The position numbers were made by a program, and so were the translations under genes. The notes under the pieces are model-generated. The model saw only the letters and a list, made by a program, of their open reading frames with translations, had not been told where the DNA came from and made no database searches. A stretch of 64,000 nt of DNA from Pseudomonadota bacterium (lineage in GTDB: Archaea; Thermoplasmatota; SW-10-69-26; JACQPN01; JAJPHT01), in assembly GCA_021325135.1 (NCBI GenBank), contig JAJPHT010000046.1, positions 64,001 to 128,000 on the forward strand. The letters run 5' to 3'. Numbering within the stretch: position 1 is the first letter of the stretch; each line of letters starts with the position of its first letter. This document shows, piece after piece, positions 1 to 10,274 of the stretch.

Positions 1-1944
<1,944 letters not shown>

Positions 1945-2043
1945 CTAAAAGGCCGCAGGAGGGGCGCTCGGTCGGGGGGTGCCCGGCGGCGGACCCCCAG
2001 GCGACGAACGCCGCTCCAAAGGAAACCGACCTCCACGCGCTCC

Positions 2044-2051
2044 TTTATAAG
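2044..2051 (+). promoter_or_regulatory. TATA box of nob1 (probably leaderless mRNA)
   Basis: TTTATAAG about 23 nt upstream of the GTG at 2074. Confidence 0.6.
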
Positions 2052-2073
2052 CTCCGCGGTTTTGATCCGGCGC

Positions 2074-2565
2074 GTGGCGCGCCCCCTCGTGCTGGACACC
2101 TCCGCCCTCCTTGCCGGCCGCCCCCTGGGCCCGGGGGAGGACACGCTGGTGCCGGAGGCCGTGAGCGCCGAGCTTCGTCCGGGCGGCCGCGACCGGCGCC
2201 ACCTGGACCTCCTGCTGGCGGCGGGCGCGCGCCTGGTGGAGGCCGATCCCGCGCTGCGCGCGAAGGTGCGCGCCGAGGCGCAGGTGGGCGGCGAGGCGGG
2301 GCGCCTCTCGGCGGCGGACGTGGACGTGCTCGCCGTCGCGCTGGGCGTTGGCGGCGAGGTCGCGACCGACGACTACACGGTGCAGAACCTCGCGCGCCGC
2401 CTGGGCGTGCCCGTGCGCGCCGTGGCGCAGCAGGGCATCGCGTCGGAGTACCGCTTCGTGCCGCGCTGCACCGGGTGTCGCCGCATCCTGGAGGCGCCCG
2501 CGGAGGAGTGCCCCGTCTGCGGCTCGCCGGTGCGGATGGTGAAGGATCGCGCGTTCCGGTCCTAG
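2074..2565 (+). CDS. nob1: NOB1 family endonuclease (PIN domain + Zn ribbon)
   Basis: VLDTSAL, LSAADVDVLA, ATDDYTVQNLA, C-terminal CTGC...CPVCGS. Confidence 0.9.
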   Translation: MARPLVLDTSALLAGRPLGPGEDTLVPEAVSAELRPGGRDRRHLDLLLAAGARLVEADPALRAKVRAEAQVGGEAGRLSAADVDVLAVALGVGGEVATDDYTVQNLARRLGVPVRAVAQQGIASEYRFVPRCTGCRRILEAPAEECPVCGSPVRMVKDRAFRS

Positions 2566-2576
2566 ACCCTCGGAAC

Positions 2577-2701
2577 CGTCGTCGCGCGCGCCGCAGCGCG
2601 CGCAAAATGGGGGGTTTCAGGGGGGCTCGCCCCCCTGACGTGAAGTCGTCTGATCAAAGGGATGAAAACGTCAGGGGGCTGCGCCCCCCGAACCCCCCGC
2701 T
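2577..2701. repeat. REP/REPIN-like composite palindrome, copy A
   Basis: Two inverted GGGGG-N-GGGGGC(G/T)C(A/G)GCCCCC units plus a GCGCGCGC-CGCA-GCGCGCGC hairpin; closely matches the reverse complement of about 14703-14828. Confidence 0.85.
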
Positions 2702-2955
2702 CAGGGGAGAACGATCCAGGGCTCGCAGCGCACGTAGGTGACCGGGTAGAGGGCCGTGTCGCAGCGGTAGACGGTGAGGCCCACGGTGCAGATGGAGGGG
2801 CCGGGCGGGCCCAGGGGGTTCGCCACCTGGTACGCCGCGAGGGTGATGGGTCCCGCGCCTACGGTCCCGCTGAGGCATCCGGCGGCGCCGGCCGGCGTGG
2901 GCACGAGGAGCGCGAGGGGGAGGATGGCGAGGGCGAGCAGGGTGAAGCGCATCAT
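2701..2955 (-). CDS. Small secreted 4-Cys protein
   Basis: Signal peptide ending PAGA, four Cys in the mature part; similar to 56992..57249. Confidence 0.7.
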   Translation of the reverse strand: MMRFTLLALAILPLALLVPTPAGAAGCLSGTVGAGPITLAAYQVANPLGPPGPSICTVGLTVYRCDTALYPVTYVRCEPWIVLP

Positions 2956-3061
2956 CGGGGCCCCAAGGGGAGGGCCCGAGAAGAGCGCACCGCCCCCGCG
3001 CCCCGGCGGCTGCGCGCTTCCGCACCCTTCATGGGAGCGGGCCGCGTCCCGGAATCCTCCT

Positions 3062-3143
3062 GCGGGGGTCCTCTAGCCCGGAATGAGGTGGGACTTAGGA
3101 TCCCATGCTTAGCGCAGCGCCGGTTCGAATCCGGCCCCCCGCA
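3062..3143 (+). tRNA. tRNA-Leu(TAG)
   Basis: Acceptor GCGGGGG/CCCCCGC-A, anticodon arm TGGGA-CTTAGGA-TCCCA, long variable arm, T-arm GCCGG-TTCGAAT-CCGGC. Confidence 0.92.
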
Positions 3144-3216
3144 TCCCTCAAGGCTCCGTGCTTCGCTGCTCTCAAGCGGGCGCAGGCTCATCGTCAGAAG
3201 GCCCCAAGCGAAGGGC

Positions 3217-3369
3217 ATGGCGAAAGGATATCCCACGCGTCCACCGGAGCCCGATCCGCTGGCGCGCTTCGAGCTTCCCGCGCCCGACGTGTGCATCATC
3301 TGCAAGCGGCGGCCTGCCGCGCAGGGGGGCATCTGCGATTCGTGCGACGCGGCCCTGAGCGGCCGATAG
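3217..3369 (+). CDS. 50-aa zinc-finger microprotein
   Basis: MAKGYP...CIIC-x10-CDSC. Confidence 0.6.
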   Translation: MAKGYPTRPPEPDPLARFELPAPDVCIICKRRPAAQGGICDSCDAALSGR

Positions 3370-3400
3370 CCCCAAGCGAAGCGGGCGGTCTGCCGGGCGC

Positions 3401-4033
3401 GTGACGCCCAAAGAGCGCGTTCTCCTGCGCTTCGCCATCGGCCTCGTCGTCGCCATCCCGCTGGTGTGGTGGGACCCGGGCGGCCTCGTCCCCGATGGAT
3501 TGCGCGACAACCTCGTGGCCGAGCTCGTGGGCGCGCTCATCACGGTCGCGTTCGTGGAGCGAGCGCTGGACGCCGTGGAGCGCCGCTCGGCCCGCCAGCA
3601 GCGCGAGGAGCTTCGCCGCAAGGCCGAGGCCACGCTGGAGGCGGACCTCCACGCGCTCTGGAGCCTCATGTCGGAGCCCAAGGCGCGCGACGACCCGCTG
3701 CGGCGCGCCTCGACCGCGGCGCGGCTGGAGCGGTTCCTCCGGGACCTGGAGGAGCCCGAGACGTGGGCGTCCGCGCCGGCGGGCCACGCCGCGGCGGTGC
3801 GGGGGCGCGTGCGCGACCTGGGCGAGGACGCGGACCGCCTCCTGGTGCTCGCCGAGGGGACGGAGGACGTGGGCGCGCGGGCCCGGTTCGACGCGCTGCG
3901 CCGCGCGTGCCGCGACCTCGACGAGGCGTGGGGCGCGACGCCGCGCGGGCAGCTGGCCCCCTTCTTCCGGTCGAGGATTGCCCCGGAGGTCCACGGCATC
4001 CTGGCCGCCCTGCGCCGCGACGACCCGCGCTGA
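3401..4033 (+). CDS. Hypothetical membrane-anchored protein (2 TM + helical domain)
   Basis: Two N-terminal hydrophobic segments, genome-typical codon use. Confidence 0.6.
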   Translation: MTPKERVLLRFAIGLVVAIPLVWWDPGGLVPDGLRDNLVAELVGALITVAFVERALDAVERRSARQQREELRRKAEATLEADLHALWSLMSEPKARDDPLRRASTAARLERFLRDLEEPETWASAPAGHAAAVRGRVRDLGEDADRLLVLAEGTEDVGARARFDALRRACRDLDEAWGATPRGQLAPFFRSRIAPEVHGILAALRRDDPR

Positions 4034-4184
4034 GACTTCTCCTCTAGAGTTCCCATCTCTAGAGTTCGTGTTCGGGTTCCCGGATTCGCCAAGGTGAGGG
4101 AATCGTTATCACCCCTCAGCGAAGTGCGGCTCTTGGCTGGGAATCGGGAGGCTACCGAAGCCCTGGCTTGGAGTCATCGAGAGC

Positions 4185-6062
4185 ATGAATCGCACCCTCA
4201 CCTTCACGGCCGTCGCCCTCGCGGCGGCGATGCTCGTGCCCACCGGCCTCGCGTCGTGGGGATCATACGGCGGCCAGGAGCCCGACAACAAGTACGACCT
4301 GCCCGCGGCGGGCAACTTCGTCTGGCAGGGCCCGCCCACCGGCACGGACCAGGTCTACTTCAACGTCGTGAACGGCTACGCGCCCAACGGCCCCGCGGGC
4401 GCCAGCCCCAACTCGGCCACGCTGGGCGACCGCGTGCAGGTGGCCGGCACCGGCTCCTACGCCGCGATCCTCGGCGTCTGGGTCGACTGCAACAAGGACG
4501 GCTACGTCGGCCTCGCCGACGGCGCGCTGCGCGAGTACCGCGCGGACGTCTCCGCCGCCGCGGGCTTCCCCGTGGACACGGACCGCTGCCCGGTCGTCCC
4601 CGAGGACGCCGCGCACGCGGGCGCCATCCACAACGCGAACAACTGGATCACGGAGCTCATCCCCATCACGAACGTGACCATCGCGAACACCAACGACGAC
4701 CCCCACGGCGTCACGGACCCCACCGGCACGTCTGGCGGCGTCCACAACCCCATGGTGGACTACCGCGTCATCGTCGACGAGTCGGCGAAGATGTGGGCGG
4801 ACCGCCTCCAGCCCGTGACGCCCACGGCGGCGCCCGCGCGCGACGGCTGCACGCAGGCCACCGTCATGTTCGGCAAGGGCCAGACGCGCCACACGGGCGG
4901 CATCCTCGACCACATCGACTGCGTCGAGTCGCTCTTCGCGCCGCGCCCCAACACCGTCTTCCGCCTCGTGAGCGAGAAGGACCCCACGGGCGCCGTGGGC
5001 CCCGCCGTGAGCGGCAACCCCGTCGCGCCCTTCAGCAAGCCCTCCGACCTGTGGGACGGCGGCGTGCTGGACGTCGACCTCTTCGGCACGGACCAGAGCT
5101 GCGCGGGCGGCGAGCCCCAGCCCTGCTCCAGCGGCAGCAACAGCATCGTCTCGGGCGAGCAGGACTGCTCCTCCGCGCCCGTCGTGGACACCACCGACGA
5201 GACCGGCACGCCCGGCCAGTCGGGCCAGAGCGGCGTGCGCGCGCCCGGCCAGCCCAACGTGAACCAGCACGGCACGGTCGCGGCCACGGTGAACGAGACC
5301 CACGAGGAGAGCGCGCTGGACGACTGCAACAGCGCGGACGACGGCGGCCTCGACTTCTACGGCAACGGTGTCACCGAGGTCCCCGTGGAGGACGCGGTCA
5401 CCGTCACCGGCAAGAACAGCGCCGAGATGAACTTCTTCTGGGACGGCGGCGCGGGCCGCGTCGACTGCGAGCAGGACGACGCCGTCGCGCTCTGCCAGCT
5501 CAACGGCATGCCCCTGGACGCGGGCGCCCCCGCCACCGAGATGGCCAACACCAACGGGCTGGGCGCCACCGCGGGCGCTCCCCAGGCCGACACGGGCAGC
5601 CCCGGCAACGAGTGGCTCGCGGACGCGTACTACGCGGACGAGCTGCCCCTCGTGAACGGCAACCGCGTCAACACCGACGACCCCACGCGCAGCACCGTCG
5701 GGTTCTTCCCCGGCGACTTCTACACGTTCTACGCCAGCGTGGGCCTCTCGGGCCTCGTCACGCCCGGCGGCGTGGGCCAGTACGGCGCCCCGTGGTGCCT
5801 GGACGGCATCGGCCGCAACGCGGGCATCCAGAACGGCTGGGACTGCGACCCCGCCAACTGGAACCTCGACCCCACCACCGGCGCGAAGCTGGACGACCAG
5901 GCGCACCGCGGCACCGTGGGCGACCCGTACAACCTGCGCGACGTGGACTGCTACGACACCACGCTCGTGGGCGCGGGCTCCAGCCTGAACCCCACGGGCG
6001 AGGACGTGGGCCCCCGCTCGCTGCCCAGCCCGGTCATCGACCCGGCGCAGGGCTGCTACTAG
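4185..6062 (+). CDS. Large secreted Asp/Gly/Cys-rich protein
   Basis: Signal peptide, 14 Cys, DCNKDG Ca-binding-type loop, strong GC3 bias. Confidence 0.85.
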   Translation: MNRTLTFTAVALAAAMLVPTGLASWGSYGGQEPDNKYDLPAAGNFVWQGPPTGTDQVYFNVVNGYAPNGPAGASPNSATLGDRVQVAGTGSYAAILGVWVDCNKDGYVGLADGALREYRADVSAAAGFPVDTDRCPVVPEDAAHAGAIHNANNWITELIPITNVTIANTNDDPHGVTDPTGTSGGVHNPMVDYRVIVDESAKMWADRLQPVTPTAAPARDGCTQATVMFGKGQTRHTGGILDHIDCVESLFAPRPNTVFRLVSEKDPTGAVGPAVSGNPVAPFSKPSDLWDGGVLDVDLFGTDQSCAGGEPQPCSSGSNSIVSGEQDCSSAPVVDTTDETGTPGQSGQSGVRAPGQPNVNQHGTVAATVNETHEESALDDCNSADDGGLDFYGNGVTEVPVEDAVTVTGKNSAEMNFFWDGGAGRVDCEQDDAVALCQLNGMPLDAGAPATEMANTNGLGATAGAPQADTGSPGNEWLADAYYADELPLVNGNRVNTDDPTRSTVGFFPGDFYTFYASVGLSGLVTPGGVGQYGAPWCLDGIGRNAGIQNGWDCDPANWNLDPTTGAKLDDQAHRGTVGDPYNLRDVDCYDTTLVGAGSSLNPTGEDVGPRSLPSPVIDPAQGCY

Positions 6063-6130
6063 GCAACCCCCCGCGGCGGGCGACCGCCGCGGCCCCCTCC
6101 TTTTTCTAGTTGCTTCTTCCAACGCCCAGC

Positions 6131-7342
6131 GTGCGCGCCGCCGCGCCGGGCCTCGCCCTCCTCCTCGTGGTCGCCGGCCTCGCCAGCGCGCACCCGGCCC
6201 TCCTCTCGTCGGAGCCTCCGGCCGGGGCGCGCCTCGCGCCGGGGCCTCATGATATCACGCTGCGCTTCAGCGAGGGGCTGGAGGGGGCCTTCACCGAGGC
6301 GGTCCTCCTGAACGCGGAGGGCCGCGCGCTGCCAAGGACGCTGGAGCGCCCGCCGCTGGACCCGGCCGTGCTCGTGGTCCACGCGCAGGACCTCCCTCCG
6401 GGAGGCTACGTCCTCCGGTGGCGCGCGCTGGGCCTCGACGGCCACTCCGCCACCGGGGAGATCCCCTACGCGGTGGGCGACGCGGCGGTGCCGGTCGTGG
6501 TCGGGGCCCCCGCGCCGGCGCCCGTGCTGGAAAGCGCGGGCCGCGGCGCGCTCCTGCTGGGATTGCTCGTGGCCGCGGGGGCGCCGGGCATGCTGGCGGC
6601 GATGCGCGCGGAGGCGCCGCCGCGGCGCGCGCGCCTCCTCCTGGTGGCGGCGACGGGGCTCGCGGCGGCGGGCGCGCTGGCGCTCCTCGTGGCCCTCGCG
6701 TCGAGCCTGGGCGCGGGCCTCCTCGTGGCCGTGGCGACGGCGCCCGGCGAGGTGCTCGCCGCGCAGGCCGCGCTCGCGCTGCTGTCGTTCGGGCTCTCGT
6801 GGCGCGCCGCGCGGCAGCCCGCGGCGTGGGCGGCGGTGGGCGCCCTCTTCGTCCACCTGGGGACCTCCCACGGCGTCGCAGGGGGCGCCGTCGGCGGCGC
6901 GCACGGGGCGCACCTGCACCTCCTCGCCCTGGCCGCGCACCTGGGCGCCGCGGCGGTCTGGGCGGGCGGGCTCGCCGCGCTCCTTTTGATATCAGGCGGG
7001 GCCGCGGCGCGGGCGGGCGCCATCCGGCGCTTCTCCCCCTGGGCCCTGGGGGGCGTCGCGCTCCTGGCCGCCACCGGCGCGTACCAGGCGTGGGCGGACC
7101 TCCCGGGGCTGGGGGCCCTCGCGGGCAGCGCGTATGGGCGGCTGCTCCTGGCGAAGACGGGCCTCTTCGCGCTCCTCGTGGGGCTGGGCGCCTTGCAGCA
7201 GCGCGTCATCGGGCCGCGCCTTGCCCGCCTGGCCACGCGGCCCGCCGGAGCGCGCGTCGCCCTCGCCGTGGAGGCCTTCGCCATGGCCGGGCTCCTCGCC
7301 CTGGCGGGTGTCCTCGGCGCGACCGCGACGCCGACGCCGTGA
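6131..7342 (+). CDS. copCD: CopC-CopD copper-binding/uptake fusion
   Basis: Signal peptide then ASA/HPALLSSEP (His1), YVLRWRALGLDGH (CopC Cu site); CopD motifs HLGAAAVWAGGL, IRRFS, YGRLLLAK. Confidence 0.85.
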   Translation: MRAAAPGLALLLVVAGLASAHPALLSSEPPAGARLAPGPHDITLRFSEGLEGAFTEAVLLNAEGRALPRTLERPPLDPAVLVVHAQDLPPGGYVLRWRALGLDGHSATGEIPYAVGDAAVPVVVGAPAPAPVLESAGRGALLLGLLVAAGAPGMLAAMRAEAPPRRARLLLVAATGLAAAGALALLVALASSLGAGLLVAVATAPGEVLAAQAALALLSFGLSWRAARQPAAWAAVGALFVHLGTSHGVAGGAVGGAHGAHLHLLALAAHLGAAAVWAGGLAALLLISGGAAARAGAIRRFSPWALGGVALLAATGAYQAWADLPGLGALAGSAYGRLLLAKTGLFALLVGLGALQQRVIGPRLARLATRPAGARVALAVEAFAMAGLLALAGVLGATATPTP

Positions 7343-7448
7343 CGGCGGGAAAACCCCTCGGGTCCAAGAGGGGTGGGAAAAGCTCGCCGGTCTAAATAGC
7401 CGCCACGAGAAACCCAACTGGCTCCACGCGGGAGCCCCCGTGATCGCC

Positions 7449-7988
7449 ATGGATGGCTGGACCCTGGGCCTCGTCGCCAACGCCGTGATCGCCACCGCCT
7501 ACCTCGCCGTTGCCGTGCTGCTGGGGGTGAACATCTCCCGCACGCGCCAGTGGATGACCAACCCCCTGGCCGCGGGGACGTTCTTCCTCTACCTGACGTG
7601 CGGGGGCGCCCACGGCATCGTCGGGCTCCAGCTGGCCAGCCTCAGCGTCAGCGGCGCTGCCGTGGAGGGGAGCCGGCTCCTCTACGGCTCGTGGACGATG
7701 TGGGGCTGGGACATCGTCACCGCGGGCGTGGGCGTGTGGTACTGGACGATGCGCAACCGCTTCCCCGACCTCGTCTCGGGCACCGCCGTCTTCGAGGACC
7801 TCCGCCAGCGGCAGAAGCGCGCCGTGGAGATCAACGACAACGTCGTCCAGGGCCTCGCGCGCGCGAAGCTGAGCCTCGACCTGCACCGCGACGCGGAGGG
7901 CCGCGAGGCCTTGCAGGAGACCATCGAGGCCAGCCAGCGCATCGTGAAGGAGCTGGAGGCGACGCACCCCAAGGAGGCGGGCGGATGA
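7449..7988 (+). CDS. ETR1-like 3-TM sensor with degenerate HisKA_3-like tail (paralog 1)
   Basis: N11-x6-Y18...C51-x3-H55, TAGV, FPDLVS; tail RAVEINDNVVQGL with Asn at the His position, no ATPase domain. Confidence 0.75.
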   Translation: MDGWTLGLVANAVIATAYLAVAVLLGVNISRTRQWMTNPLAAGTFFLYLTCGGAHGIVGLQLASLSVSGAAVEGSRLLYGSWTMWGWDIVTAGVGVWYWTMRNRFPDLVSGTAVFEDLRQRQKRAVEINDNVVQGLARAKLSLDLHRDAEGREALQETIEASQRIVKELEATHPKEAGG

Positions 7989-8572
7989 GCTTCGAGTGGT
8001 GGTGGATCACCGCGGCCTCCAACGCGATCATGGTGGTCATCTACGCCGTCATCGCCACGATCATGATCCGCGGCATCCAGACGGGGCACCAGTGGCGCAC
8101 GAACCCCATCGCGGTCGCCACGGCCGCCGTGTTCGTGACGTGCACGGTCGCCCACGGGCAGCACCTCCTCCACCTGCTGCCGCCCCTCGCGCAGGCGGAG
8201 CCCGCCCAGTTCGCCGCCGCGCAGGCCATGTTCAACGACCCCGCGCTCGTGGTCTGGGACGGCTTCACCGCCTCGGTCGCCGTCTGGTACTTCCTCATGC
8301 GCAGCCGCCTCGTCATCGTCTACGAGGGCGCCGCCCTCTGCGAGGACATCGCGGAGCGCCAGCGCCAGGCGGCCCTCCTCCACGAGAAGGTCGTCGAGGG
8401 GCTCGCCCGGGCCGAGCGCGCGCTGGAGAACGGAGAGCGCGAGGCGGGCCTGCGCAGCATCGAGGCCACGCTGGAGGAGAGCAAGACCATCATCACGACG
8501 CTCGTGGGACGCGCCGGCACCCGCGCGGGCCTGGGCCCGGGCGACCTGCGCCGCGACCAGCCGAGCCACTAG
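7985..8572 (+). CDS. ETR1-like 3-TM sensor with HisKA_3-like tail (paralog 2)
   Basis: N13-x6-Y20...C53-x3-H57, TASV; tail QAALLHEKVVEGL; ATGA overlap with paralog 1. Confidence 0.75.
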   Translation: MSFEWWWITAASNAIMVVIYAVIATIMIRGIQTGHQWRTNPIAVATAAVFVTCTVAHGQHLLHLLPPLAQAEPAQFAAAQAMFNDPALVVWDGFTASVAVWYFLMRSRLVIVYEGAALCEDIAERQRQAALLHEKVVEGLARAERALENGEREAGLRSIEATLEESKTIITTLVGRAGTRAGLGPGDLRRDQPSH

Positions 8573-8579
8573 GAGCATC

Positions 8580-9296
8580 ATGCAGGCGAGCGACCCCCTC
8601 ACCACCGAGCCGCCCCAGGACCCGCGCCTGCGCGAGCTGGAGCGCCAGAACGCCGAGCTGCAGCGCTTCGCCTCCCACGCCGCGCACGACCTCCAGGAGC
8701 CCCTGCGCCTCGTAAGCGGCTACCTCGACGTCCTCCTCGCCGAGCACGAGGCCGCCCTCCCCGCCGACGCGCGCATGCTCGCCCGCGAGGCCCGCGACGC
8801 GGCGCTCCGCATGCAGGGCCTCGTGCAGGGGCTCCTGGAGCAGGCGCGCGCCACCGACGCCGCGCTCCACCTGGAGACGTACCCCCTCTCCGAGAGCTAC
8901 GAGGAGGCTATGACAAACCTCGCCGGCGCCGCGGGCGTCGCGTGCGGCCCGCTGCCCATCGTGCGCGCCGACCGCAGGCAGATCACGCGCGTGCTCCAGA
9001 ACCTCCTCTCCAACGCCCTCAAGTTCCACGCGCCCGACGACCCCGCCCGCGTCGAGGTCTCCGCGCGGCGCGCGGGCCGCGAGTGGGAGATCCTCGTCGC
9101 CGACCACGGCCTCGGCCTCCCCGAGAAGGCGCCCCTCTTCGAGCCCTTCCGCCGCCACCACCCCCAGATCCCCGGCACGGGCCTCGGCCTCGCCGCGTGC
9201 AAGGCCATCGTCGAGCGCCACGGCGGCCGCATCTGGGCGACGCCCACCGAGGGCGGCGGCGCCACGTTCCACTTCACCCTGGAGCCACCTCCATGA
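8580..9296 (+). CDS. Soluble histidine kinase core (HisKA + HATPase, no sensor domain)
   Basis: H-box AHDLQEPL, N-box NLLSNALKF, G1 DHGLG, G2 GTGLGL. Confidence 0.92.
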   Translation: MQASDPLTTEPPQDPRLRELERQNAELQRFASHAAHDLQEPLRLVSGYLDVLLAEHEAALPADARMLAREARDAALRMQGLVQGLLEQARATDAALHLETYPLSESYEEAMTNLAGAAGVACGPLPIVRADRRQITRVLQNLLSNALKFHAPDDPARVEVSARRAGREWEILVADHGLGLPEKAPLFEPFRRHHPQIPGTGLGLAACKAIVERHGGRIWATPTEGGGATFHFTLEPPP

Positions 9297-9736
9297 CCGA
9301 CGCGAGAATCCTTCTTGTGGACGACAACGACAAGCTGCGCGCGCTCTACCGCATCAGCCTCCAGATGGCCCAAGGCCTGGAGGTCGTGGGCGAGGCCGCC
9401 AACGGCGCCGAGGCCATCGAGGAGACGCGCGGCAAGCGCCCCGACCTCGTGCTGCTGGACCTCAGCATGCCCACCATGGACGGCCTGGAGGCGTTGGGCC
9501 GGCTGCGCCAGGCAAGCCCGCAGAGCCACGTCGTCGTCCTCACCGGCTTCCGCAACGAGCGCCTGGGAAGCGTCGCCATCGAGCTTGGCGCCACCGCGTT
9601 CCTGGAGAAGGGCATCTCACCCACCGAGCTTGCGGCGCGCGTCAAGGACGTGCTCGCGCGGCCCGTGCCCGCCTACCACGAGCCGGGCGAGGAGAAGCGC
9701 GCGGAGCTGGAGCGCAGGGTGCGGGACCTGGTCTGA
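9293..9736 (+). CDS. Stand-alone response regulator receiver
   Basis: ILLVDD, DLVLLDLSMPTMDG, VVLT, FLEK; ATGA overlap with the kinase; no output domain. Confidence 0.92.
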   Translation: MTDARILLVDDNDKLRALYRISLQMAQGLEVVGEAANGAEAIEETRGKRPDLVLLDLSMPTMDGLEALGRLRQASPQSHVVVLTGFRNERLGSVAIELGATAFLEKGISPTELAARVKDVLARPVPAYHEPGEEKRAELERRVRDLV

Positions 9737-9758
9737 TATCAGGAAATTTGATATCAGA
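9732..9758. repeat. Perfect AT-rich inverted repeat (10-7-10)
   Basis: TCTGATATCA-GGAAATT-TGATATCAGA between the convergent receiver gene and tRNA-Asn. Confidence 0.8.
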
Positions 9759-9763
9759 TTCAG

Positions 9764-9836
9764 CGGCCCCGGCTGGACTCGAACCAGCACCCTCGGATTA
9801 ACAGTCCGAGATCGCTACCCATTAGACTACAGAGCC
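9764..9836 (-). tRNA. tRNA-Asn(GTT)
   Basis: Acceptor GGCTCTG/CGGGGCC-G, anticodon arm TCGGA-CTGTTAA-TCCGA, T-arm GCTGG-TTCGAGT-CCAGC. Confidence 0.9.
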
Positions 9837-9980
9837 GGTGAGGCCCACCTCTCCGGCCGGAGCCTTAAAGATTGCGCCCCATCCGGCGGACCTGCCCTGG
9901 AAGCGTCACGGTGACGACAAAGTGGGGAGCGAGCCGGAACGAGAACGCCTAAGCGCGGGGCCCGCCTTCCCGCGGGCTGC

Positions 9981-10274
9981 ATGGGTGGCCTGGGCCCGGA
10001 GGAGGTGGCGCGCGTCGCGCGGCTGGCGCGCCTGGCCCTGGGGCCCGAGGAGGCGGCGCGGCTCGCGGCCGACCTGGAGGCCATCACGGCGACGTTCGCC
10101 GGGCTCGCCGACCACGCCGCGACGCTGCCGCCCGCGCCGGAGGAGCCCCCCGGCGAGCTGCGCGCGGACGAGGCGGCCGCGCCGGACGCCGAGGAGGCCG
10201 CCGCGATCCTGGCGGCGGCGCCGCGCGTCGATCCCTCGGGCGCGGTGCGCGTGCCCCGGAGGCGCGGCGCGTGA
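9981..10274 (+). CDS. gatC: Asp-tRNA(Asn) amidotransferase subunit C
   Basis: EEVARVARLARL...LRADE...VRVPR; first gene of gatCAB. Confidence 0.88.
   Translation: MGGLGPEEVARVARLARLALGPEEAARLAADLEAITATFAGLADHAATLPPAPEEPPGELRADEAAAPDAEEAAAILAAAPRVDPSGAVRVPRRRGA

Noticed and set aside
3144-9763. Integrated element between tRNA-Leu and tRNA-Asn
   Set aside because: No integrase, no duplicated tRNA 3' end and no compositional shift; treated as an accessory block only
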